From Myxococcales bacterium (GTDB lineage Bacteria > Myxococcota_A > UBA9042 > JABWCM01 > BTVJ01): DNA of 36,022 nucleotides. Shown here piece by piece: positions 20,776-29,723 of the stretch (position 1 is the first letter of the stretch; each line of letters starts with the position of its first letter). Both the position numbers and the translations under genes were made by a program. The DNA lies in NCBI GenBank assembly GCA_045863395.1, contig BTVJ01000073.1, positions 1 to 36,022 on the forward strand, given 5' to 3'. The notes below the pieces were generated by a model. It saw nothing but the letters and a program-made list of their open reading frames with translations, was not told the origin of the DNA and did not search any database.

Positions 20776-21348
20776 ATGCAGCGGGCAATCAAGGGGACGA
20801 CGCTGAGGCTGGTGCAGGGCGACATCACCGCCCAGGACGTCGACGCCATCGTCAACGCCGCAAACTCCTCGTTGATGGGCGGCGGCGGGGTGGACGGCGC
20901 GATTCACCGCGCGGGTGGGCCCCAGATCAAGGCGGAGTGCAAGGTCATCGTGGCGGCGAGCGGGCCGCTCGCCACAGGCAACGCGGTGATCACCACCGGG
21001 GGCAATCTGAGGGCGAAGCACGTCATTCACACGGTGGGCCCGGTCTGGCACGGCACAGGGGCGGCGGGGGAGCACGGGCTCCTGGAGCGCTGCTACCGTC
21101 AGAGTCTGGGCCTCGCGAAGAAGCACGGCCTCCGGAGCATCGCGTTCCCGTCAATCAGCACCGGGGCCTACCGCTTCCCCATCGACCGGGCCGCCTTCGT
21201 CGCCCTCAACGGCGTCGTCCGGTGGGTAGTGGACAACGAAGGCGCGCTCGACGAGGTCCGCTTCGTACTCTTCTCGGCGGGCGACTTCGCGGTCTACGAG
21301 GAGACCTTCGCCGAGGTCATGCGCACCATGATCGGGACCAGCCTGTAG
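20776..21348 (+). CDS. ymdB: Macrodomain O-acetyl-ADP-ribose deacetylase / ADP-ribosylhydrolase (YmdB-like)
   Basis: GDIT, DAIVNAANSSLMGGGGVDGAIHRAGG, VIHTVGP, SIAFPSISTGAYRFP. GGAGG RBS, 13 nt after spoVR. Confidence 0.93.
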   Translation: MQRAIKGTTLRLVQGDITAQDVDAIVNAANSSLMGGGGVDGAIHRAGGPQIKAECKVIVAASGPLATGNAVITTGGNLRAKHVIHTVGPVWHGTGAAGEHGLLERCYRQSLGLAKKHGLRSIAFPSISTGAYRFPIDRAAFVALNGVVRWVVDNEGALDEVRFVLFSAGDFAVYEETFAEVMRTMIGTSL

Positions 21349-21352
21349 CGGG

Positions 21353-22465
21353 TCAGACTCCCCGGTCCAGCACGTTCACCAGGCAGCGCACCGTGCCGTT
21401 CCACGGGTAGATCCCGCGGGTGTCGATGGGGTGGACCACGGCGCCAGTCTCCTCCCACGCCTTGCGCCCCGCGGAGTCCAGCGCCTCGATGCCCGCCTGG
21501 GGCAGATAGACGTGGAGCCGCCCGTCGCGACGCTCCAGCAGCGCGTTGTTGTAGCTCACGTAGGTGAGGCCGTCGACCAGGGGCACGAGCGGGATGCGGC
21601 GCACGTGGAAGCCCTGTGCCTCCAGGGCGCGAGCGACCCGGTGGAAGGACTCGATGGTCTCCGGGCGCCGGTCCGCGGGGCGGGGCAGGGGGGCGTCTGG
21701 CGGGAGCAGCGCGAGGCCCAGCTCGGCGTCTCCGACGAGCACGGTGCGCCCCCCGATGGGGGTCAGCAACATGCAGATGTGGTGGCGCGGGACCAGGTTG
21801 GGGTCCGTCCCCAGCAGGGCGGGCTCTCGGCCGCTGATGGTGCGCATCCAGGAGCCGAGGCGCTCCGGCGATGCGAGCGGCCCGCCCAGATTGCGCCCGC
21901 GGAGCACCGCCGTCGCGAAGACGTGGCTGTTGCTCGCCACCAGGTCGCCGCCGTCGAACACGGCGCGGGAGACCTCCACCCGGGTGCGAAACGGGCGCGC
22001 GGCCGCCAGGGCAAAGGGCGCCGTCCAGTCGTTCAGGCGCGCCTCGTTGCTCTCCGTGGGGCGAGGGGGCACCAGGAGCACCGCCGTGTCGCCGTCCTTG
22101 CGCAGCGTGAAGCGGTCGCGCGCCCAGGTGGTGATCCGCAGCCCCGCGACCACCGGGTGGAAGCGCTCGGGCGCTGCCACTCCCCACTCTTCGATCAGAG
22201 TGCGCCAACGGTCCATGTCCTCCGCTCTCTCCACCACCACCCAGACCTTGACCGTCTGCGGCAGCGCACGGAACAGGTCCCGCCAGGTGGGGGCCACCGC
22301 CTCCTCGGCGCGCGGGTCGAAGTGGATCACCACCTCGCGGAGCGGTCCCCCGTCGTCCGCGACGATCACCGGGTCTGCCGGTGGCTCCGCCCGCGGTGTG
22401 CTGGCGGTAGAGACCGCGAGCACGACCGCGACGGCGAGCGCAGCGCCGAGGAGGGTCTCACGCAT
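21353..22465 (-). CDS. Secreted pentein-fold (agmatine/arginine deiminase superfamily) protein
   Basis: Signal peptide, then GPLREVVIH, ITTWARD, FDGGD, HHICM, YVSYNNAL and C-terminal GTVRC. Confidence 0.7.
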   Translation of the reverse strand: MRETLLGAALAVAVVLAVSTASTPRAEPPADPVIVADDGGPLREVVIHFDPRAEEAVAPTWRDLFRALPQTVKVWVVVERAEDMDRWRTLIEEWGVAAPERFHPVVAGLRITTWARDRFTLRKDGDTAVLLVPPRPTESNEARLNDWTAPFALAAARPFRTRVEVSRAVFDGGDLVASNSHVFATAVLRGRNLGGPLASPERLGSWMRTISGREPALLGTDPNLVPRHHICMLLTPIGGRTVLVGDAELGLALLPPDAPLPRPADRRPETIESFHRVARALEAQGFHVRRIPLVPLVDGLTYVSYNNALLERRDGRLHVYLPQAGIEALDSAGRKAWEETGAVVHPIDTRGIYPWNGTVRCLVNVLDRGV

Positions 22466-22469
22466 CGCC

Positions 22470-22961
22470 TCACTCCAGCACGTCGTCGAAGGCCATGGCC
22501 AGGGAGCGGCTGGCCGTCTCGGAGCTGGCGAACACCGTCGCGTAGACCGGGCGCTTCTTCAGGCCCTTGGCCGAGCCGAGCTTCAGCTTGTCGAAGGTCA
22601 CGACCTGGTCGACCTCTTCGCCGGGGGCGGCGTGGATGGTGACGCTGCGGCGGGCGACGATCTCGGGGCGCGGCGCCATGCGGGCCATCTCGGAGCCGGC
22701 GCCGCTGCGCCGTGCGACGACCTCGACCTTCGTGTCGACGGGCTCGTCGCCCGTGTTCTTCCCGGTGACCCGGATCTCGACGAGGCGCGACGTGGACCGG
22801 ATCACGGTGGCGCGCAGGTCGACGGACGCGACGGCGGCGGTCTCTACGAAGCGTGGGGCGACCTCAATCTCGGGGTCGTCGGCCCCCTCGGCGGTCAGCG
22901 CGAGGGGGGCGCCCACGCCCAGCGTGAGCAGGAAGGAGAGCACGAGTCGACGGGTGTTCAT
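22470..22961 (-). CDS. Hypothetical exported protein (beta-rich, possibly Ig-like)
   Basis: GGAGG RBS, signal peptide MNTRRLVLSFLLTLGVGAPLA, strand-rich pattern VEIRVTGKNTG...APGEEVDQVVTF. Ends 4 nt before the pentein gene. Confidence 0.7.
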   Translation of the reverse strand: MNTRRLVLSFLLTLGVGAPLALTAEGADDPEIEVAPRFVETAAVASVDLRATVIRSTSRLVEIRVTGKNTGDEPVDTKVEVVARRSGAGSEMARMAPRPEIVARRSVTIHAAPGEEVDQVVTFDKLKLGSAKGLKKRPVYATVFASSETASRSLAMAFDDVLE

Positions 22962-23035
22962 GGATGCCTCCTGTGGCGGTCAGGGCCAATGAGCGAGGCA
23001 TACGCACGGGCGTCGGGAAGGATCTGGCCGGGGGT

Positions 23036-24160
23036 CTACTCCGGGAGCGTCTCCCCACCGAGGGCGCCCTTGAGGGCGTCCAGGGGCTCGGCGTCGCGGG
23101 TGTGGAGCGCGGCCTTGAGGGCCTCATGGACGAGCTGGTCACCGCCCGTGCCCTCGATGTGGATGCCGCCGCCCGCCGCGGCGATGGCCGCGTGCTCGGG
23201 CAGGACGGCGTCGCGGTAGTCCGTGGCAACGTCGGGCTTGGTGTCGTACCCAGCGGGGAGGGTCGAGAGCACGAACACCCGGCCGCCCGCGTCGCGAAAC
23301 TCCCGGGCCGCCTGGACGGCCGGGCCGGCTCCGTCCTGGTTGGCCGCGTCGCTGACGACCACCATGAGCCGCACCGCCTCCTCGCGCCAGCCGGAGCGGG
23401 CCGCCTCCCGGATCCCGCCCTCCAGCCACTCCGGGAGGTCCGTGTCCACCCGCGTGCTCATGGCCTGGATGCCGCCGAGGAAAGCTTCCAGGGCCGCGAA
23501 GTCATTGGTCAGCGGGTGGGCCTCGGTGCGGACGCCCTCGGCCTCGCGGCTGTCACGGAACACGACGACCCCCACCCGCGCCGAGCTGCTGACCACCCCG
23601 AGCGCCCGCGCCAGGGACTGGAGGTCCCGGCGCGCCGCGTCCAGGCTCGGCACCATGGACCGGGTGCCGTCGATGACCAGCATCAGGTCCACCGGGGCCA
23701 TCTGACCCGGGTCGAGCCGCTCGACGACGCGGGCGGCTGCCTCGCGCAGGCGGCCGTGGCGCTCCTTCAGCTCCTGCTCCGTCTTCTGGGCCGCCGCCAG
23801 GGCCTCTCCCGCTGCGAGGAGCTTCGCGTCCAGCCCCCGCTTCTCCTCCTCGGCGGCTCGCAGGGCCCGCTCCGACTCCCCGCGGGCTGCCTGTGCCTGG
23901 GCCAGCGCCCGCTCGACGGCGGTCTTCGCCCCTTGCACGACCTGGCGCTCCTGCTCGGCGACCTTGCGCCCGTGCTCCTCCGCGACGAGCTGCTCCGTCG
24001 TCAGCTCGTGGGACGCCTTCTCGGTGCTGAGCGCCTGGCGGATGTTCATGACCGCGACGAGGAACAGCAGCAGCACGCAGCCGAGCGCCGTCGTCAGGAT
24101 GTCCGCCAGCGACGTGCCGAAGACCTCGCCGTGGGCCCACTTGCGCCCGCGCCGCCTCAC
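23036..24160 (-). CDS. Single-TM protein: MotB/ExbD-like Asp-containing helix + coiled coil + vWA domain
   Basis: GTG start overlapping the upstream TGA (GTGA), with a GGGAGGGAG RBS. MRRRGRK...FGTSLADILTTALGCVLLLFLV, about 110 aa of coiled coil, then vWA with DLMLVIDGTRSM (MIDAS), VGVVVFRD, DLPE, VVVSDA. Confidence 0.85.
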   Translation of the reverse strand: MRRRGRKWAHGEVFGTSLADILTTALGCVLLLFLVAVMNIRQALSTEKASHELTTEQLVAEEHGRKVAEQERQVVQGAKTAVERALAQAQAARGESERALRAAEEEKRGLDAKLLAAGEALAAAQKTEQELKERHGRLREAAARVVERLDPGQMAPVDLMLVIDGTRSMVPSLDAARRDLQSLARALGVVSSSARVGVVVFRDSREAEGVRTEAHPLTNDFAALEAFLGGIQAMSTRVDTDLPEWLEGGIREAARSGWREEAVRLMVVVSDAANQDGAGPAVQAAREFRDAGGRVFVLSTLPAGYDTKPDVATDYRDAVLPEHAAIAAAGGGIHIEGTGGDQLVHEALKAALHTRDAEPLDALKGALGGETLPE

Positions 24161-25218
24161 GGCTCCCTCCCGGTCTGCCGGACGAGCGTGATGGGCTGCT
24201 CGCTCTGGCGCCGCATGGAGGCGAGGTCCGCCCTGATGGCCGGTACCGCGTCTCGCACGGCCCTCGCCGCGGCGCCGAGGTCCTGCATGGCGACCTCCAC
24301 CTGGGAGACCGTGCCGACGCGCGCCGTCAGGGCGCCCAGGAGGCCGTCGATCTGGAGCAGGCTCTTGCGGATCCTGTCCACGGTCTCGGCGTAGCGGTCG
24401 AGCGCCCGCTCCTCGGCCGTCTGCTGGGCGAGGCCCGCCAGGTCGAGCTCCTGCACCAAGCCGCTGCCCACCGAGCGGTCGATGGCGTCGAGCAGGCCCC
24501 GGTCGCGGCGGTGGGTCGCCACCTCCACGATCTTGAGGGGAACCACGAGGGCCAAGGCGAGCAGCGTGGTGTCGAAGGCGACGGCCAGGCCCCGGACGGA
24601 CGGCACCAGCGCCGTCAGATCTCCAGACTGGGCGCCGATCACCGCGTCGAAGGAGCCGATGGCCGCCGACATCCCGAGCACGGTGCCGAGGAAGCCGGAC
24701 AGGGGGATGAGCCACAGGGTCGCCCCCAGCGCCGCGTACTCGTCGTCGATGCGGTCCGCCGCCCGGTCCACGGCGTGGCTGGCGACGCGCATGACCTCGT
24801 CGCGGGTCGGCCGGTGGGTGCGGAAGTAGCTGAGCACCGCCCCGAGCACGTCGCCGGAGAGGGAGCCCGACTGGCGCGCCACACCGTTGAGAAGGCCGGG
24901 TACGCGCTCCCGGTCGATGGCCTCCTGGCGCAGGATCTCCACGCAGGCCCTGAGCGCCCTCTGCTCCGCCACCTGGGCGACCAGGCGGCGCAGCACGTGC
25001 CCGAGCCCCCAGAAGAACAGCGCGAGCGTGAGGGGCTGGGCCCAGCCGCGCTCCAGCAGGAAGGTGCGCGCCCAGGAGCCCTCCGGGGCGAGCAGCGAGG
25101 CGAGCCCCAGGACGGCCACGGTGCCCAGCACTGCGGTCGCGGTGGGCAGCACTCCGCCGCCGATGGGCACTGCGCGGAAGGGGGGGGAGGCGTGGGCGGG
25201 CAGCGCGGTGGAGTCCAT
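24157..25218 (-). CDS. MotA/TolQ/ExbB proton-channel family protein with C-terminal helical extension
   Basis: IPLSGFLGTVLGMSAAIGSF and GLAVAFDTTLLALAL, two further N-terminal hydrophobic segments and an amphipathic C-terminal tail. Start probably the ATG at 25218. Confidence 0.88.
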   Translation of the reverse strand: MDSTALPAHASPPFRAVPIGGGVLPTATAVLGTVAVLGLASLLAPEGSWARTFLLERGWAQPLTLALFFWGLGHVLRRLVAQVAEQRALRACVEILRQEAIDRERVPGLLNGVARQSGSLSGDVLGAVLSYFRTHRPTRDEVMRVASHAVDRAADRIDDEYAALGATLWLIPLSGFLGTVLGMSAAIGSFDAVIGAQSGDLTALVPSVRGLAVAFDTTLLALALVVPLKIVEVATHRRDRGLLDAIDRSVGSGLVQELDLAGLAQQTAEERALDRYAETVDRIRKSLLQIDGLLGALTARVGTVSQVEVAMQDLGAAARAVRDAVPAIRADLASMRRQSEQPITLVRQTGREP

Positions 25219-25329
25219 GGTGTCTTCCCTCGGGGTCAATGGCCCCTGCCGAAACAGGGCGAGGCGGGCGGTTCATCCCGCGCCGGGGGAAGCATACCAG
25301 AGGCGGGCCCAGGAGGGGTTACGGTCCGC

Positions 25330-28300
25330 TCACTTGCGCTTGCCGGGGGCCGCGGCCGAGATCGCCTTGCCCGGGGGCTCCTTGGCGCTCGACGCCTCAC
25401 AGGGGCCGGCGGCGCCCTTGTCCTTTGCGTCCTTCTCCGCCTTGTCGCTTGCGTCCTTCTCCCGCTTGCGCGCCTCCTCGCTCCGCGTCGCCTTGCGCTT
25501 GGCCTCCTTCTCCAGGCACTCGGCCTTCTTGCTGGCGTGCGCGCTGCGCTCCGCGCCCTTCCCCTTGGGTCCCTTCGCCTTGCCCGGCTTGATGTGGGCG
25601 CAGGGGTGGCCCCGCTCTGGGGCTCGACGGCCGGTGTCCTCCGAGGTCTCCCCTTCAGCGCGGAGCACGACCACCGTCGCGGTCGCCTCTGCTGCGTGCC
25701 CCGCCTGATCGAAGGCCGTGAACCGCGCAGTCCACACACCCTCCGTGACCATCTCACCCGCGTCGTCGAGGCCGTCCCAGGCCTGGTTCACCGTGAACGT
25801 GCGCGTCGACAGGGGCCCGCCCCAGGACCGGGCGGGCTGCCCGTCCCCGTCCTCGATGGTGAGCGCCCACCACACCAGGCGCGTGACGTCCCGCATCGTC
25901 GCGGACAGGGTGGTCGACGGTGCCACCTCCGCCAGGTCCGGCGAGAGGACCGAGGGGCTCGCGCTCACCTCCGTCACGCTCGGCGCGGACAGGTCCGTGA
26001 TGGTCACGCCGTCGGACACGGTCATGGGGCCTGCCACCATGCCGGTCTCCAACGCGCGGACGCTCGCGCTGTACCACACGGCGGGCTGCAGGCTCAGGTC
26101 TTGGAAGGTCCAGGTGGCCCCGCCGGCCGTGTCGAGCTGCTCGGCGATGACCGTCCCGAACTGGCTGGTCAGGCGTACGGCGTAGGAGGACGCCCCGCTG
26201 ACCGCCGCCCAGCTCACGGTCAGGGCGGTCGGGTCCTCCTGGACGTCGAGGTCGATGCTCCCTTCGGGGGAGGCGGACTCAACAACCCACTCGGGTGCGC
26301 CCACGGGCGTGTCGTCGATGAGGGCGAGCCGCCCCGACGTGACCGGGATGGCGAGCTCGGCGGTGCCGTCGCCGTCCACATCGACGATGGCAGGGGTCGC
26401 CAGGGCTCCGCCCACCTCCAGGGCCCACGCGAGCCCTCCGTCGCTCCGCAGCGCATAGACGAACCCATCGGAGGACGTCACGAGGAAGCCGTCGCCGCCA
26501 TCGCCGAGCAGGTCCGTCGCGGGCAGGATCTCCTGGACCTGGGAGGTCGCTCCCACGGGCTCCTTTCCCGGGGCCCACGCCATGCCTGCCGCCAATGACC
26601 AGGCCCCGAGGGGCTTGCCCGAGCTCGCGGCGACCAGGTCCACCCGCGGGCTCTTGGCGCGGCTGAGCAGCGCCACCCGCCCTGGCGGCCCGCTCGCCAC
26701 GGCCCCCGACCCCAGCGAGGCCTGGCCCAGGTCGACGGTCCACAGCACCGCCAGGTTGTCATCCAGAGCCACCGCGCCGGCCGTCGTCCCGGCGATCAGC
26801 ACCTCCAGGGCTGGGTCCCCATCCAGGTTCGTCACGATGGGCGTCCCCCGGTAGTGGGTCCCGGGCAGCGTCACCGACGCGAAGCTCGCACCGCTCGCCC
26901 CGTCGAGCACCACGAGCTGCTTGTTGGCCGTCAGCAGGATCTGCCCGCCCCGCGCCGCCAGGTTGCCGACGCTGCCCCCCGGCGTGTCGATGCCGCTCGA
27001 CGCCCAGCGCACCGCCCCTGTCGCGCCATCGATGGCCACCACCTGGTGCACCGCGCCAAGCGCGGTGTCCTGGACGCAGAGCACCAGCTCGTCGGAGCCG
27101 TCCGCGTCCAGGTCGAGGGCCAGGGGGTCGCCCCTGAGCAGCAGGGTCCCGCCCGCGCCGCCCAGGCTCGTCGACCAGGCCACCGAACCATCTGCGCTGA
27201 TCGCCGAGACGATCTGCCGCCGCCACTGATCCTGGTGCAGGCGCATGACCCGGGGGCCGCCTGGCGCATCCAGTGCCACGGGCACCTGCGGCATGTTGGC
27301 GCTGAGCGCCAGGTGCACGGGGGGCTCGGCGAACGGGGTGCCGAGCAGTGGGTCCAGCGCGGCGAGCTGCCCGCCCGCCTCCGGGGACAGGAGGAGCGGC
27401 CCCCCGGGGCCGGCCAGCACCGCCACCCGCTGGAGGTAGTGGCCCTCGAAGCGCAGGTCGGCGAGGCCGTCGCCGTTCTGATCGTTGAGCAGCGTGAAGT
27501 CCGCCCCGAGCACGGCGAGGCGCCCGCTGGCGTGCAGCAGCATGGCCCGGGCGGCGCCCCCTGCGCTGGCGGTCTGCACGCGGAGCAGCACCCCTCCCGC
27601 GGCGGCCGTCCGAACCACCTCCCCGGTGCCGCGGCGCACGATCTCCACCACGTCGCCCCAGTCGTCGCCATCCGTATCGCGGGTCACCACGACCTCTGGG
27701 GCTCCGCTGAAGGTGGCGGTCGGCGTCGCCACCTGGGCCCTCGTCCACTCATGGGTCAGGGTGGCGCCCGCGCCGTACCTCCAGACGCGTCGCGGCCCGA
27801 AGGGCCCGGGCGCCAGGAAGGCCGTGGGCTCCGTCACCAGCTCAGCGGGCGCGCCGGGCTGTCCCGGTAGCACCGTCACCGCCCGCTCTCCGGCCAGCGT
27901 CGTCATCGCCGTCCCAGTCGCCGCGTCACGGACGTGGGTCGTCCAGCCATTCCCCTCGGACCAGAAGGACGTCACCAGCTCCGCCGCACCATCCCCGTCC
28001 AGGTCGGCGACGGCCCTGGCCGGCCACTGGTGCCCGGTGAGGCCGGGTCCCGGGGCCGCGAAGGTGTATCGCCAGCGCAGCGCGCCGTCGTCCAGGGCGG
28101 CCATGGCGACCCGGCGTGAGGGCGTAGAGATGAAGGTGGAGCTCGTGAGGACGAGCACCTCCTGGCGCCCGTCGCCGTCTGCGTCGGTCACCTGGACGCT
28201 GCTCCAGGACAGGTTCTCCGTCCCGGTGCCGGGCAGCGCCTCCGTCGACCACTTGAGCGACCCCGTGGGCGGGTCGTAGGCATAAAGGCGCGCTGCCCCG

Positions 28301-28983
28301 GGAGCGATGATCTCCAGGGCGCCGTCCCCGTCCAGGTCCGCGACGGCGATGGCGCGCCCCGACTCGTAGTCGCGGGTTCCACCCTGGGTGACCGCCGTGG
28401 GGGTGCCCGCCCCGAGGCCGTCCGTGCCGGCCCCGAAGGAGAACACGAAGGCGGCGCCCGTCAGCAGCGGCTTGGCCGCATTGCCGGCCTTGTCCGCGAT
28501 GATGAGCTCGGGCTCGGGGGAGCCAAGTACGTCCGCGACGAGGAAGGAGGCGATGTTCTCGATGGGCAGCGTGGCGGCGGAGGTCCAGACGACGGCGCCG
28601 GTCTCCGCGTCCAGGAGCACGGCGCGGCTGGTCGCGTCGACCACGACCTCTCGCACGCCGTCTCCGTCCATGTCCCGGACGTCGAGGACGGCGCGGGCAA
28701 GAATACCGGGAGAGTCCCAGAGCACCTGCCCGGAGGCCTTGCGCGCCACCAGACGCCCCCCCTCCACGGTGAGCACGTCGAGGGCGCCGTCGCCGTCCAG
28801 GTCGTGGGCGGCTACGTCGAGCGCGGTGCCGCCGGTGAGGCGCACCCATCGAATGCCCGGTGCGTTGATGTGAAGAGGTCCGGCGACGCCCGACCGGGTC
28901 GGGTCACCGCGCCACTGGGACCAGGGGGATGCAGACACGGGCGCTCCCACGAGCGCCACCAGGAAGCACGCAGTCAGTCTCAT
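25330..28983 (-). CDS. Large secreted FG-GAP/VCBS-repeat and PQQ-like beta-propeller protein with FN3-like and FlgD-Ig-like domains and a Lys-rich tail
   Basis: Signal peptide then WSQWRGDPTRSG. Many DxDGDGxxE Ca-binding loops, LDGATGAVRW-type propeller motifs, LTVSWAAVSGASSY, and AWDGLDDAGEMVTEGVW. Confidence 0.85.
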   Translation of the reverse strand: MRLTACFLVALVGAPVSASPWSQWRGDPTRSGVAGPLHINAPGIRWVRLTGGTALDVAAHDLDGDGALDVLTVEGGRLVARKASGQVLWDSPGILARAVLDVRDMDGDGVREVVVDATSRAVLLDAETGAVVWTSAATLPIENIASFLVADVLGSPEPELIIADKAGNAAKPLLTGAAFVFSFGAGTDGLGAGTPTAVTQGGTRDYESGRAIAVADLDGDGALEIIAPGAARLYAYDPPTGSLKWSTEALPGTGTENLSWSSVQVTDADGDGRQEVLVLTSSTFISTPSRRVAMAALDDGALRWRYTFAAPGPGLTGHQWPARAVADLDGDGAAELVTSFWSEGNGWTTHVRDAATGTAMTTLAGERAVTVLPGQPGAPAELVTEPTAFLAPGPFGPRRVWRYGAGATLTHEWTRAQVATPTATFSGAPEVVVTRDTDGDDWGDVVEIVRRGTGEVVRTAAAGGVLLRVQTASAGGAARAMLLHASGRLAVLGADFTLLNDQNGDGLADLRFEGHYLQRVAVLAGPGGPLLLSPEAGGQLAALDPLLGTPFAEPPVHLALSANMPQVPVALDAPGGPRVMRLHQDQWRRQIVSAISADGSVAWSTSLGGAGGTLLLRGDPLALDLDADGSDELVLCVQDTALGAVHQVVAIDGATGAVRWASSGIDTPGGSVGNLAARGGQILLTANKQLVVLDGASGASFASVTLPGTHYRGTPIVTNLDGDPALEVLIAGTTAGAVALDDNLAVLWTVDLGQASLGSGAVASGPPGRVALLSRAKSPRVDLVAASSGKPLGAWSLAAGMAWAPGKEPVGATSQVQEILPATDLLGDGGDGFLVTSSDGFVYALRSDGGLAWALEVGGALATPAIVDVDGDGTAELAIPVTSGRLALIDDTPVGAPEWVVESASPEGSIDLDVQEDPTALTVSWAAVSGASSYAVRLTSQFGTVIAEQLDTAGGATWTFQDLSLQPAVWYSASVRALETGMVAGPMTVSDGVTITDLSAPSVTEVSASPSVLSPDLAEVAPSTTLSATMRDVTRLVWWALTIEDGDGQPARSWGGPLSTRTFTVNQAWDGLDDAGEMVTEGVWTARFTAFDQAGHAAEATATVVVLRAEGETSEDTGRRAPERGHPCAHIKPGKAKGPKGKGAERSAHASKKAECLEKEAKRKATRSEEARKREKDASDKAEKDAKDKGAAGPCEASSAKEPPGKAISAAAPGKRK

Positions 28984-29073
28984 CGAGTTGCTCGCGAGCC
29001 ATGGGCCTCCACCCACCGGCATCGCGCCTCATCGGCGGGCGCCGCCGCGAGCTTGAGGAGAAATCTCAGGGGG

Positions 29074-29607
29074 TCAGAAGTGGAGCTGCACGCTCCCCGC
29101 CGCGGTCAGGAGGGTAGCGTTCTCGTTGAGGAGATCGAGGCCGAAGGAGAGCACGTCCGGAACGGCCTGCCACCGGAACAGGAGCCCCGCCTGGAGCCAG
29201 AGGGTCACCTGCGACTGGGCGAGGAGGTCCGGCGCGAGGATGCGGGGCCCCATGCCCGCCCCCGCGCCCCACCCGAACCAGAAGGAGAACACCTCCCCTC
29301 GGGCGAAGGCGGCGCGGCCGACCACCGTCGCGCCGGCCACCCGGTAGAACTCGCTGGCGTCGGCGATGGCGGACAGCTCGACGCCGACCAGGAGATCCGG
29401 CAGGGCGACGTAGCCCACCTCCAGCTTCACCACCGGCTTGAGCATGTGCTCCAGGATCTTGGACTGGCTGTTGAGGAACGCGGTGACGCCCCCCTTCGTC
29501 GCGACGTACCACCGAGCCTCTGGTTCTGGCGCCGGTGCCTCGGCGACGGCGGGCTCGTTCGCGAGGGCCGGCGTGGCGATCAACAGGGCGAGGATCAGTC
29601 GCAGCAT
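29074..29607 (-). CDS. Putative small outer-membrane beta-barrel protein
   Basis: Signal peptide MLRLILALLIATPALA, alternating hydrophobic strands, and terminal GSVQLHF (C-terminal Phe). Confidence 0.7.
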   Translation of the reverse strand: MLRLILALLIATPALANEPAVAEAPAPEPEARWYVATKGGVTAFLNSQSKILEHMLKPVVKLEVGYVALPDLLVGVELSAIADASEFYRVAGATVVGRAAFARGEVFSFWFGWGAGAGMGPRILAPDLLAQSQVTLWLQAGLLFRWQAVPDVLSFGLDLLNENATLLTAAGSVQLHF

Positions 29608-29662
29608 GGGGCGAGCCTCCGAGGGTGTCCGGGAGGCCGCATGGTAGCAGAGCGGCCGCGCA

Positions 29663-29692
29663 TTGACACCCCTTCGGCCCGCTCCGTATGCT
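29663..29692 (+). promoter_or_regulatory. sigma70-type promoter for the cytochrome gene
   Basis: TTGACA-N18-TATGCT about 30 nt upstream of the ATG at 29724. A divergent TGCTACCAT element lies on the minus strand at 29641-29649. Confidence 0.6.
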
Positions 29693-29723
29693 CGGGTCAC
29701 CCCGAGGATCCCGGAGGCCCCCC

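Noticed and set aside
23036..25218. Calling the pair Zorya (zorAB), flagellar motAB or tolQR
   Set aside because: The B subunit has a vWA domain rather than an OmpA-like or ExbD-like domain, and no zorC/D/E, flagellar, tolA/tolB or tonB genes are adjacent.
24161..25276. 746-aa ORF as a single long vWA protein
   Set aside because: The first half overlaps the MotA-like gene out of frame and is low-complexity. The real start is the GTG at 24160 with its own RBS.
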